A stretch of 64,000 nucleotides of DNA. Origin: Malacoraja senta (taxonomy: Eukaryota). Both the position numbers and the translations under genes were made by a program. Below, piece after piece: positions 24,660 to 37,800 of this stretch. Every line of letters starts with the position of its first letter. Position 1 is the stretch's first letter. Where the stretch lies: positions 10,728,001 to 10,792,000 of the forward strand of contig CM075994.1 in assembly GCA_038087875.1 (NCBI GenBank). The letters are read 5' to 3'. The notes under the pieces were generated by a model. The model searched no databases. It was given only the letters and a program-made list of their open reading frames with translations, and was not told the origin of the DNA.

Positions 24660-27600
24660 TTACACACCCGGAGCGGAACCGGAGCAGATTCTCAGCCACT
24701 GGTTTTCATGGCAAGTCCAGAAGAGAGGATAAAGTGTCTCCGTGAATTTATTCCCGGTGAAGGTGTGGAGATGGCACTTGGTGTCCGCGTCGTAAAATGA
24801 AACTGTCCCGGACTCGTAACTGAGATAAACTCCCACCCTCCCTGGGATGGGACGGGCGGGAAGATGGGATGGAGGAGAGGAGAGAGCAATAAACCCGTCA
24901 TCCAGCCGCCAGATGCTCCAGACACCATTCCCCGGGGTCAGGTCGTCCTCTCCTTTCCTATCCACAGACTCTGCGACGACTCCCAGACTCCAGATCCGAT
25001 TCTCCGCCACCTCCACCTCCCAGTAATGTCTCCCCGATGTGAATCCCTCCGATCCCAGCACACACGGATAGTCTGTAAATCTCTTCCCGGTGTCAGGGAG
25101 ACTCCTCCGGGTCTCGATCCGTCTCACGCTCTTCTGATCCTTAGACACCTCGAGCTGCGAATGCGCTGTTTCCACATCCAGGGTGACGGAGACTGGGGGG
25201 AGAAGGAGAGAATCAGAGAGTCCCCGGGGGTCTGGGGGAGACTCGGGCAGCGCGGCCCCGGGACCGGGGGAGAAGCCGCTTGGCCTCAGGCACAAGCGGG
25301 CGGTCAGCCCAGCAACATCGGATGGCCAAAAGATATATCTTTCCCTGAGCTTCACGACCGGGCACCGCTGGAGAGGGGGGAATTCTGCGGGTTATTGGGA
25401 ACGGGAGGGGGTGGTCCGTACGGACGTGGAAAACGAATACGGAAAGTGAGGATGAACGGAAGATTGTGGGTGGGGACAGATAAATAAGGCGGCTATTTAA
25501 ATATCTTGCCAGCAGATGGCGAGGGAGAGGCAGATTGGAAGATGAGGAGACGGGTGTGAGTGGTAATTAGAGGTGGTTAAAGAGGATGTAGAGATGTGGG
25601 GTGGAGTTGCCGTGATCATACTGAACGGGAGTGGACTGGACGAGCGAGACAATCTGCTACTGTTTAATTGCTTTCTTTACTGGAGGGTGTAATTGGTGCG
25701 TCTGTACAACCAAGAACACTCTGATCTCATTGTGAACCAATATATGAACTTCACTGAGGGATTTGACAATGGTCCGCATGTAAGGCTGGTCCGGAAGCGT
25801 CTTGGATCCCACCTGCGAAAGCAGGTGGGATCCAAGACGAGTTGTAAAATTGTTCCAAAAGTGTCTTGGTGGTTGGAGGTGGAAGGTAGCAGTGGAAGGA
25901 TGTTCTGCTTGGAGGTCTGTGACTGGTGGTGTGCAGCAGAGATCGGTGCTGCAACCTTTGCTGTTTATTTTCTATTTTCGTGGCTTGGATGTGAATGTAG
26001 GAGGTTTGAAAATTACTTTTGTGGAGAATGGGAAATGTAGATAGCGATGAAGTCTGTCAAAGTCTGCAACAAGATATAGGCTAGATCATCAAATTGTCAT
26101 GTAGGGATATCAATACTGGAGGACGCAGTTTTCTTCACACAAAGAGTTGTTAAGAGGTATCAGTTTTACCTCGTTTGATGATGTCAGATGTTTCTCTCAA
26201 TGCCATGTTGTGGAAAAACGTGAGATCAAACCTTTCAATGGGAAACGCACCATCTACCACCAACATTGGTTTGGTTTCATCACTAACCCTGCAAATATTT
26301 AACAGCTGGTTAGAAACTGAGCATTAGCTGTTTTTTTGAGCTGTACTATAAAAACATACATTGTTTCAGTCAAAAGCATGTCCTACCTACTCTTGCGACC
26401 AGCTTCCTCCTGAAATAAATAAAACACAAATCTCAATAGACTGAGATGGATCATGATCCCGACGGCGGGTATTTCACCAAATTGCTGGAAACCCCTCCAT
26501 GATAATTCCCATTTCCCAACTATTTGCCGCTGTCACACAGACAGAAAGTGGATATTGTCATAGAGACATCGAACACGGGGGGAAGCATTAGGAATATCGA
26601 TGAAAATAACTGCGAGTATACAACTTACGAGTGGGCAGATCGTGGGATTTAATCTGGAGAAGATGTCAGAGATAATAGGATGCAATATTTTAAGATCAGC
26701 GGCGGATTTAAATGGGTGGGGATTGGAAATATTATCACGACTTGTGGGGAAAATAAAAATAAAGCCTGGAATGTATGATGGCCTGTAATAAATTCCACAA
26801 GAAATGTAGTAAAGAGAACGTGGAACTCACAGGCTGGCCTGAAGATAATATTGCAGATAAATGAAGAGGGATAAGTACATGAGGATTCCTGGAATTTGGG
26901 GCATTATTGTCGAATGTGGTGAGTAGATGGAACAGACGGAACATTGAGCCAGTACTGAATTACTGGTAAATGCAGCATTTATTTCAGAAATTTAACCCAC
27001 CATTTTGTGACTGCACTTTCCCTTCACCAAACTGTAGTGTAACCCCTCACCTTCAGAAATAACACGCTGTCCTTGTGGTCTGTCTGTTCTTGTAGCTTTG
27101 AGAGTTCCTCCTGAATGGAATTTAAATACTCTTGAATCTCTTGAAGATTTTTCTCCATTGTTTTTACAATCATCGCCTCTTCTTCCCGGATATCTCCGAG
27201 TAAGCGCTGCTCTTTCTCGGTGAGAATCTGGTGCAGTTCAGCAAACTGGGATGTGGTCTGTGACTGAAGGTTGCGTGACGTTTCCTGTCAGATGAAAGAT
27301 GAGAATCAATATATTGTGTCACTCTGCTGTGTTTCCTCATGACATGGAAGGTGACATTTGGCTAATCAATGTCGAGTCCTGGAGTGCAGAAATGTGCCAT
27401 TCTGCCCAAAATGCCCATGCTGGGCTCTGTACGTATCTACATTAATCCCATTTGCATGTATTCAATCCGTAGTTTTCATTACCGTGGCTAATCAAGAGCT
27501 CGTCTTGATAATTCTGAAATACTTGGTGAAAGTAATGTACAAGCAAATCATTCCCATTTCCCAAGTACTATTCCCTGCAACTTATTCCATTTTGTGTGTC

Positions 27601-28743
27601 CATTAACCCTCAGTGAACAGAACCAGGTCACCAGAACTAGCAGACAGCAGCACCACTTAGAATGACAGACTTCATAGAGTCATACAGCAAGGGGTGTTAG
27701 ATACCGACCAAGACGCCCCATCTGCGCTATATCTACCTGTCCGCATTTGGCCCACCTGGTTCTAAAATGTTCTCTCCACGAACTTGTTCAAATATTTTTT
27801 AAATATTGTTATGGTTCGTGAATCAACTACCTCCCCTGGCAGCGCGTTCCATATGCCCACTACCAAAGTTGCCCTCTCACCTTAAACCTATGCCCTCGCA
27901 TGTTGGACGTCCTACATAGTGTAAAAGACTGCGAATTCACCCTAACATTTCGTTTCATGATATAATACACCTGCAATAGATCATTCTTCAGACTCCTGCG
28001 CTCCAGTGAGTAAAGTCCTTGGCTGCCCAACCGCTACCTAGATCTCGGCCCCTCGACTACTGAGCTCTATAGAGGTGCCCACTTATTACACGCGACACAG
28101 GGATCAAATCTACACAAAAACATTAAATCGATAGTACAAAGCCTCACCTGAACTCCAGAAATGCTCTCTTTCTGTTTCTGCTCCATTTGCTCGATCTCTG
28201 ATTTACTTTCTGTGAGAGAGTTGAAAGAAGATTTCACCTGTTCCTGGGGTTGGATTTCAGACGTAGAATAAAAATGTCAGACAATAAAGAAAAGATTACA
28301 CATTTATGCAATCAAAATCGATTTGGTTTTACCTTTTAGAATTCAATTGCTTCTTCTATCATCATTAAGCGGTGAGACTTGTGTTCCAGCTCAGTGGCGC
28401 AAATCTCACAGATCAGTTTCTTTTCAGTTTCACAAAACAGCTTCAGTACCTCCTGATGTTTCTCGCAGTGAAGTTTATTTTCCTTCTCTTTGAGATTCAG
28501 GCTCAGTGCTCGAGCTTTCTCAGCCAGTCTAACCAAGGGCCGATTCACCCTGAGGGTGCGGTCTGTAAACTCCTCTCTACATTCCGGGCAGGAGTTTCTC
28601 CCCTCCCTGTCCCAACTCTGTGTGATACAGGAGCGGCATAAGTTGTGCTCACACTCCAGTGACACCGGATCGGTGAAGAAATCCAGGCAGATGGGACAAA
28701 CTAGCTCCTCGGTTAAACTCTCGACCTGGTCTTTCGAAGCCAT
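24660..28743 (-). pseudogene. TRIM gene C with a premature stop (TAC>TAA, 28336-28338) at the end of exon 1. Exons 28333-28743, 28148-28243, 27051-27284, 26387-26409, 26170-26288, 24660-25192
   Basis: Paralogues end exon 1 with ..YK|GT; C reads IEF*K|GT. The other exons and splice sites look intact. Confidence 0.82.
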
Positions 28744-28787
28744 TCCGCCACTTCCTGGCTCAAAATGTTTTCACTGACGTGAAGCTG

Positions 28788-29058
28788 ATGCAGCGCCGGA
28801 GAACTGAGTTCGATCCTGACTACGGGTGCTGTCTGTACGGAGTTTGTACGTTCTCCCGTGACCTGCATGGATTTTCTCCGAGATCATCTGTTTCCTCACA
28901 CACGCCAAGGCTTGGGAAATTTAAAAAATTGGCTTTGTAAATGTAAGAAATGTCCCTAGTGGATGTAGGATAGTGTTAATTGCCAGGGATCGCTGGTCGG
29001 CGAGGACCTGGTGCGGCGTAGGGCCAGTTTGCGCGCTGTATCTCTAAACTACATTAAA
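28788..29058 (+). mobile_element. HE1/V-SINE-like SINE upstream of gene C (5' end deleted)
   Basis: Paralogue of 1945-2206. Confidence 0.78.
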
Positions 29059-29929
29059 CCCAACCCCTACACCCGTGTCGCTGCGCCCGCTGCCGCCCCG
29101 GGCAATGAATGCTATCTGGCTGCAAGTGTTCAGTGTGAAGATGTCCTGGCCGCTTCCAGCTCATCTCACACGAGGGAGGGGTAGATTGGACATTAAACTG
29201 GCCTGAATATGGACGAGATAGACTAAGGCAGGACAGAAAGGGACGGGGCCGGCGCTAAGGAAGCCTCGGATATAACCTGAGGAGGCATTGCACCTGTTGG
29301 GCAGTGGAACCCTCCGCCCGCATCTCCGTTCACAGCCCGGGATCAGGATGGACGGAGACCTCCCTCCGCCCTTATTTTATTCCACAACAAGTGCACCTGT
29401 CTCTCATGCAGCAGTCTTCGTGGCAATCTATTGTTTAAAGGGTATTATATGACCCTCTAAAATTCATTGCAGAATGCAAAGGTTTACTTTGTCTATCTGA
29501 AGAAGGGTCTCGACCCAAACCGTCGCCCATTCATTCTATCCATAGATGTTGCCTCACCCAATGAGTATCTCCAGCAGTTTTGTCTACCAGTTTCTTTGTC
29601 TGCCGATCAATTTAGTTTAGTTTAGCTTTGGATACATCGCGGAAACAGTCCTTTCGGCCCACCGAGTCCGCAACAACGAGTGACATATGTACATATTACA
29701 ATCGCCCCACACTCTTAAATCACTACTCCCACCTCAACATTTCTCACTTTAACTATGATCGGACTTTGCTGGTTTAACCTTGCACTAAACGTTATTCCAT
29801 CATCGAGTATCTGTACACTGTACGTGGATCGATTGTAATCATGTATTGTCTTTCTGCTGACTGGATTTCACTATACCTCGATACACGTGACAATAAAATA
29901 AGCTGGGAAGCCTTATTCCCCTTCGATAG

Positions 29930-30130
29930 ACACTAAATGCTGGAGTAACGCAGCGGGACAGGTTGCATCTCTGGAGAGGAGGAATGGGTGACTTTTCGGG
30001 TCGAGACCCTACTTCAGACAGTCTTGACCCGAAACGTCACCAATTCCTTCTGTCCAGAGAGGCTGCCTGTCTCGTTGAGTTACTCCAGCATGTTGTGTCC
30101 ATCTTCGGTTTAAACCAGCATCTGCAATTC
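29930..30130. repeat. Inverted pair of Penelope terminal repeats forming a long hairpin (also ~47630-47825; spaced versions at ~9340-9625, 23265-23555, 48205-48497, 60775-61060)
   Basis: atgctggagtaac..gggtgac..tcgggtcgagac faces gacccgaaacgtcacc..gttactccagcat. Confidence 0.75.
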
Positions 30131-30161
30131 TTCCTACACTCCGAGGCATATTCCACTTGTT

Positions 30162-30164
<3 letters not shown>

Positions 30165-30210
<46 letters not shown>
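30165..30210. repeat. (CT)n microsatellite
   Basis: About 23 uninterrupted CT units. Confidence 0.95.
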
Positions 30211-30212
<2 letters not shown>

Positions 30213-31503
30213 AGTTTGACTTGATTGTAATCAGTGGCACAATCCAGGGACACAATTTAAATTATTTCCCCCCACCTTAAATACAGTTAATCACCTCAAA
30301 TGCTAGAAATAAATAAACTGTCTGAAATACAATCACCGCAACACTCTTATTTTGTTTAAGATCCAACTCGTTCAAAGCGGTTGAAGATCAAATGTCCTTG
30401 GAGGTACACAAAAATGCTGGAGAAACTCAGCGGGTGCAGCAGCATCTATGGAGCGAATGAAATAGGCAACGTTTCGGGCCGAAACCCTTCTTCAGACTGT
30501 CCTTGGAATTGGCCGAGCGATCTACTCAGAGGGCAATTAGTGATGAGCAGTAAATGCTGGTCTTGCAGCGACATCTACACCTTGAGAAATTGATCACCTA
30601 CTTACATTAATTCCTTAATCAAATGGTTAAGTTTTGTTTATTAAGAACAGTATTGTATTAACTAGTGAAGTTGATGAAAAACAACGCAAATAATAGCACA
30701 AAGTACTACTTAAGTTAGACAACCAGGTAGCTCTTGAGGTCTCTCCTGTTCGTTTCTCTCGTCGTGCCGGATTGTGTTTCAGTCACCGCCGCTGCTCGCA
30801 CGTAGATGCCGGCCTCCAGCATCGGAATTTGTTCATTCTCTCTGCCCAAGATTCACCATCCCCACAGGCAATTGGTTAATATTTCGGCCGATTCCGCAGT
30901 ATCGTAATTCCACATGCAGAGAATTCCACAAATTCGCCCACTCTTTGGGTGAAAAAGTTTGTCCTCATCTCAGTTCTAATGGTTAGTCAGTTTGAGATGA
31001 GACTAACATTGGTTAAAATAATTGTATTTAGTGAGTAGGATAGTGTTAATGAACGTGTGATCGAGAATCGTCCGACAGGTCTAATATTCACTGGAATTTA
31101 GAAGGATGAGAGGTTATCTCATGGAAACATATTTTTTTAGAGGATTGGACGGGCTGGATACGGGAAACTGTTCCCGATGTTGGGGGAATCCAGAACTAGG
31201 GATCACAGTTTAAGAATAAGGAGTAGGTCATATCGGACTGAGATGAGGGGGAACCTTTTCACCCGGAGAGTTGTGAATCTGTGGCATTCTCTGCCAACGA
31301 AGGGAGTAGCGGCAAATTCACTGGGTGTATTCAAGAGAGAGTTAAGTATAGCTCTGAGGGTTAACGGAAACAAGGGACATAGGGGAGAAGATAGGAACAG
31401 GCTGCTGATTTTGGATGATCACCCATGGTCAAATTAAATGGCCCTCGGTCGAAGGGCCGAATGGCCTATCCGTGCACCTATTTTCTATATTTCTACGTTT
31501 CTA

Positions 31504-32392
31504 ACATTGGTTATAATAATCGGTGGGCGGCGCGACTCTCGTCAGCAGCGGCCTCTGCATTCCGTCTGTCTTTTTATTATTTTTGTCTCGTTTCTATGTA
31601 GGTTTTTTTTGTTTTTTTGTCGGGGTATGTGTGTGGGGGGTGGGGGTGGGGGGGGGACTTTAAAATCTTTCCCCTGCACGGGAGACCCGACCTTTTCTTT
31701 GTCGGGTCTCCGTTGTCGTTGGGGCTGGGCAACGTGGAGCGGCCTCCAGCAGGAACGACCTGGGGCTCCAGTTGCGGAGCTGCGGACTACTCACCGTCGC
31801 GGGGCTGGCCGAGTCCGGAGCGGGTGGAGCTGTGGTGGAAACAATCGCTGCTGCTACCCGACCCCCGGAGATTCGGAGGCTACAACCGCGGGTCTGGCGG
31901 ACGGCAACAACGGAAGCCCGCGGGTCCCTGGTGGGAGACCGCTTTTCGGAGCTTCCGCAGCGGCGACCTCTCCCGCCCGAGTTGCGGGGTTGAAGAGCAC
32001 CTGGAGCGGGGCCTTACATCGTCGCCCCGCGCGACCTGGAGTGGCCGCGGTGCTTTGCGAGCGCGCGCCGGGGCTCTAACACCTAGACCCGGTGCGCGAC
32101 CTTGCATCACCCCGCGTGGCTTTAATGGCCGCGGGATAATCACCATCGCCCGCCGGGGGCTTTGACTTTGACTCTGACATCGGAGGGGGGGGGGGGAGTG
32201 CAGTGGAGAGATACGTTTTTTTGCTTTCCATCACAGCGCTGTGATGGATGTATGTGTAAATTGTGTTGTGTCTCGGGTCTTCTTCGTTTTGTAATGTATG
32301 TCTGCAGAAACGATATTTCGTTTGGACCTCAAGGGGTCCAAATGACAAATTTGACCAAATGACAAATAAATAATAATTGAATTGATAATTGA
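31504..32392 (+). mobile_element. Unclassified CpG-rich, probably non-autonomous retroelement
   Basis: Absent from the paralogous site at ~4720; ttcta TSD; 3' stem-loop and (aattg)-like tail; no recognisable protein. Confidence 0.7.
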
Positions 32393-34877
32393 TTCTATGG
32401 AGACATTTTGGAGAGTGAATCCATTTATCTGGGACGGAACTGGGCCAATGGGCGGATTAAAGGCTGATTTATTTAACTCGGATAAGTGCCATGCAAGTTG
32501 GTAAACAGGCCAGGGCAGATTATACACATTAAAAAGTTACCCCCTGTGTTATTTTTAGCAGACTAGAGAAATATTGGAATTCAAACATACAGCTCCATGA
32601 ACATTGCACCAGGGATGGGCAGGGTGGTGACGAAGGCGTTTGGCACATTTGCTGGGTACGTGAGGGTATGAAATACAGGATTTGATACAACTGTACAAGA
32701 CAACTGTAAGGCCCACACCTCCAGATTAAGGGAGTTTCTTCCCAGCTGTTCTCGGGCAACTCACTCATATGTTCACAACCAGACAGCTGTGCTGAACTAC
32801 TATCTACCTCTGAGGTGACCCTCGGACTTGATCGGACTGTGCTGGCTTTACTTTGCACTAAACGTCCTTCCCTTATCATGTATCTATACATTGGAAATGG
32901 CTTGATTTTCTGCTAACTGGACAGCACGCATTAAGAGATTTTCACTGTGAAAATCTCTTAATGCCGTCCTTCCTAATGAGACAGAGGTTCACGGTCACCT
33001 CATCTACTGCATCCTGTATTCATGGTAACGCCTGGTGCACATTCGTGTTAAAGTCCAGAGTCGCCGACCATTTGGCTGAACACTTGCACTCGGTCCGCCA
33101 AGGGCTGCCGGATGCCAACCATTTTAACTCCTCTCCCATTCCCACGTTGACGTTTCTGTCCTGGCCCTTCTCCGTGTCCAGAGTAAGGCCACACACAAAC
33201 TAGAGGAACAGTGCCTCATATTCCAATCTCTATCAATAAAAGTATTTTTAATGTGCAGCAGGATTGACAGGTTCAGGGCAAATTTCGACCAGAGACTCGG
33301 AATACGAACTCATGTCCTCCCTCCGCAGATCCTGCCTGACCAACTGCGGACCCATCCCAAGCCCACTTGACTATCTCAGCTTTGTCCACCCACACAACAG
33401 AGGTCTGGGCTCAGGCAAAAATGTCTGTCAGAGATTTTGCAACCCACTTTGTTGGGAGTTGGGAATGCTGAATCCAAATCTGGAAGATTACGGACATGGG
33501 GGATGGAATGGCAACATTCCTTGAATGAGGAGTGAGGAATATTTACGAACTTTGGAATCAGGAAGAGAAGCTGTGTGGCCCGCAGTTTAAGGAGGGAAAG
33601 TTGTGTGGAGTGATATAGATGCAAACTCAGATTAAGGACAAGTAAGAATTTCATTACTCCGCCTCGGTACAGATGACAATTAGCAACTCATGACGATTTC
33701 TCTCTCTTGGGCTGCGGGGCGGCGATTAAAGTTTCAGCTGATGGATTGGGTGAAAAAAGGGAAGAAGCAGAAGCAGATAATCAGAGAGGTAAATATGTAA
33801 AAGGCATTGGTTCATTGAAATCAAACCCACTTACAATATTGTAGGTCAGTAGATTAATACAACAGATACATTTAATACCCTGTTGTTGAAGTTGGATAAT
33901 TCGCACGAACAGTAACATTCATAAGAACCGAATAGAAAGATTGTGTTTATTTGAATTATGTGCTTGGTGCTTCTAATACTCCGATTAAAATAAACACAAA
34001 TCGCTTTGGACAGTATAGCTTGCTTTTAAACTCTGTTTGTGAATGTTTCTGTCTGTAAATTGACTCCCGCATTTCAGTTGCCATTCCTGGCTGCACTTCA
34101 AAGAGAATTCCACCAGTAAAGCACTTTGGGGTCTCCTAGAAGAGATGCGAGGACATTGTGTAAATGTAAGCGGGTTGTTGCTGTAGGCACTCGATCTTGG
34201 AGGGAATAATCTATTTCCGATGCCCAAACACGTCCGCGGGCTTGGAATGGACTTCGGTCACTCGCGTTTTCTCGAGACGGCGAGAAAGCGAAGGGAAGAG
34301 TCGGGGCTCGAGTAGAGGAAAGTGGGAGCTGGTTGGAGACTGGCAGTGAGGGAGATGAAGCGTCAAAGCGGTGACCGAGAGCAGGAAACAGCACCGAGAG
34401 AGGCATGATGTACCCGAGAGAGAAGTGAGGGAGGGGTCTCTCAGCGACAGAAACAAGGAATGATCTACGTATCCTACAGAGAGACAGACAGAGCCTGAGC
34501 ACAACGGGCTTCCACTTTGAACCGGGAATTCGGTTTGAACCCATTCTTCCAAAGATACGTTCCGAAGAAAGCGAATCTGTTGTGTGGAGAGCAAATGCTG
34601 CAAACACGCTATGAATCAACAGAATCGGCGGACTTTAGGACGCGGTAAACGCCTTAAAATGAACGGATGGACAGACAGCTCTGATTTCAGTTGCTGTTTA
34701 TTTCACTCTTAACACATAAACCTTCCCCCTGGTTTTATTTCCACGCTCACTGGGGTTTCACGCCGCGGAATTTGGGAATTAAATGGGAGCCGTTCAGCGC
34801 CGACCTGTTGTCCACCGGGTTTCTGCCCCACAGCCGCTGAGCCCCGGACCTGACGCCGGTCCCGGGACCCGACCCTT

Positions 34878-37800
34878 TTACACACCCGGAGCGGAACCGT
34901 AGCAGATTCTCAGCCAGCTTCCATCATTTGTTTCGAAGAAAGGATAAAGTTTCTCCGTGAATTTATTCCCAGTGAAGGTGTGGAGATGGGACATGGTGTC
35001 CGCGTCGTAAAATGAAATTGTCCCGGACTCGTAACTGAAATAAATTCCCACCCTCCCGGGGATGGGACGGGCGGGGAGAGGGGATGGAGGGGAGGTGAGT
35101 GCATTAAACCTGTCACCCGACCGCCCGATGCTCCAGACTCCAGTTTCCGGGGTCAGTGTGATCTCTCTCTTCCTCTCCACAGACTCTGCGGCGACTCCCA
35201 GCCTCCAGACCCGACTCCCCGCCACCTCCACCTCCCAGTAATGTCTCCCCGATGTGAATCCCTCCGATCCCAGCACACACCGCCAGTATGTAAACCTCTT
35301 CCCGGTGTCAGGGAGCTTCCACATGGCCCGGGTCCATCTCACCCTCTTCCCATCGCCAGACACATTGAGCTGCGCATGCGCTGTTTCCACATCCAGGGTG
35401 ATGGAGACTGGGGGGAGAAGCAGAGAATCAGAGAGTCCCCGAAGATCGGTGGGGGGGGGGGCGACTCTGGCCCCGGGACCGGGAATAGCCGCTCGGCCTC
35501 AGGCAGAGGCGGGCGGACAACTGAAACCTTGCCCGGTGTTTCACAGCCCCACACACCCCCCCCCTCCACACTCCCTCCCCCCCCCCCTCCAACAACATCG
35601 GATGGACAACAAACATCTTTCCCGGAATTTTTCTCCCGGTTAAAGAGGGAAATTTCATGGGCATTGGGGAACCGGAGTAGCGGCGCCGTGAGATTGGGGC
35701 GGGGATTTCAAAAGGGCGTGGACAAGTGCGGACAGTGAGGATGGACGAGAGATTGTGGTTGTCGTTAACAAATGACGAGGTGTATTCAGAATCTCGGGAC
35801 CCTTCTTCTGAATTTCGGAAGTATTCCGATATCTTGCTGGTCGTGGTGGTGGTGGTGGTGGTGGGAGGGGGGGGGGGGAGAGATTGTAGGAAGAGGAGAT
35901 TGATGCGAGTGGTAATTAGAGGTGGTTAAAGAGGAGATAGAGTTGTGATGGAGTCGCCGTGATCATACTGAACAGGGGGGACATGAGGTGCCAGGTGACG
36001 TGCTCCTGTTTTCTTGAGAGGCGGTGAGACAGAGGGAGGGTGTGCCTGTCGTTTATGTTCAGGGATCTCGCATCTCCAGCTGCCCGTGTGAAAGTGAACC
36101 TTCCCGGCAGCTGCGTTTGCTACTGGAATAAAACGACAATTCCCCCTCAGCCCATAATTAAACACCAGCGCTGCATCTACACGTTACTCAGATGTGTCTG
36201 ATAAACGAGGAGAAATAAATCTATGTCCGTTTTATTTGACAGAATGAATTGCAGATGCAAGTTTACTAAAGAGACAGAATGTGCTGAAGTAATTAACAGA
36301 GGCTGGGTCAGCATCTTTGCAGAACATGGATACGTTTTGTTTCAAAGGTAGACACAAAATGCTGGAGTAAATCAGCGGGACAGGCAGCATCTCTGGAGAG
36401 AAGGAATGGGTAACGTTTCGGGTCGAGACCGAAGTTATGGGAGAGAGAGATACCGAGATAAGGAAGGGCAAGGTGTGAAAACGAGACCAAGGGGATGGAG
36501 CACAATGAAAATGCAGCATAGATCATTGTTAGCTGGGAGAAGGTAACAACAAAGCAAACAGAGATAAAATGTTGTCGGAGACAGTCAAACTGGTCGGAGA
36601 ACTGCGATGGGGAGGGATGTGGAAAGGAAGGATTACTTAAAGTTAGAGAAGTCAATATTCATACCGCTGGGATGTAAGCTGCCCAAATTGAATATGAGCT
36701 GCTGTTCCTCCAATTTGCGTTTGGCCTCAGACTGACAATGGCTGAGGGCCAGGACAGAAATATTAGTGTAGGAATGGGAGGGAGAGTTAAAGTGTTTAGC
36801 AACCGGGAGATCAGGTATATTTAGGCGGACTGAGCGGAGGTGTTCAGCGAATCGGTCGCCGAGCCTGCGATTTGTCCCGTCATATAGACAATTAACAATA
36901 GATGTAGGAGGAGGCCATTCGGCCCTTCGAGCCAACACCGCCATTCAATCTGATAATGGCTGATCATCCACAATCAGTAACCGACAATATACAGGAGTCC
37001 ACACCTGCTACTGTGGATACAGTAGATGAGGTTGGAGGAGGTGCAGATGTACCTCTGCCTCACCTGAAAAGACTGTTGGGGTCTTTGGACGGAGTCGGAG
37101 AGGGCAGGTATAGGGACAGGTGTTGTATCTCCTGCGGTTGCAGGTTGAAGTATCTGGAGGTTGGGTGGTTTGGGTGGGGACGAGTTAACCAGGGAGTTGC
37201 GGAGGGAACGATCTGCGGAAAGCGGAAAGGGGTGGAGATGGGAAGTTGTGGCTAGTGTTGGGATTCAATCTCTACCCAACGCCAGTGAGAGGCGGACACC
37301 AGCGAGAGGATAGTTTTGAAAGGCCAATTGTTGTATTAATGCCAGAGATGAAAAGACAAAAGGTGTGAGATAAGGATAGAAGGTGTGTGAATGGTAAAGC
37401 CGTAGGAATCGTAGGAATTTCCGTGCAGGATGTGGTGGAGGGGAGACATGGATAGCAGTGCAGGCAGAGTATTCTACATTCATACCGTCAATTTGAAGGC
37501 TACTCCGCTTAATGGCATCAGCTATTTCTCTTATCATTGTGCTAAACTCAAAGGGGTGATAGAACGTTTCAAAGGCCGGGGCAGCATCTGTCGCTACCAA
37601 TGATTCAGTATCATCACTCGCACTGCAAATAGTAAACACATGGTTATAAATTGAGCATGTAATTTTTGTTACATTACACATCCACACAGAGTTTCAGTCA
37701 AGAGCATATCCTACCTGCTCCCTCGACCAGCTTCATCCTGAAATTAATAAAACACAAAGCTCAATTCATTGAGGTACAAGAAATACAAAATGCCGTCTTA

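Noticed and set aside
31438..32165. 213-aa and 182-aa GC-rich ORFs
   Set aside because: Low-complexity Arg/Gly/Pro frames expected in GC-rich DNA; they lie inside or across the edge of an insertion.
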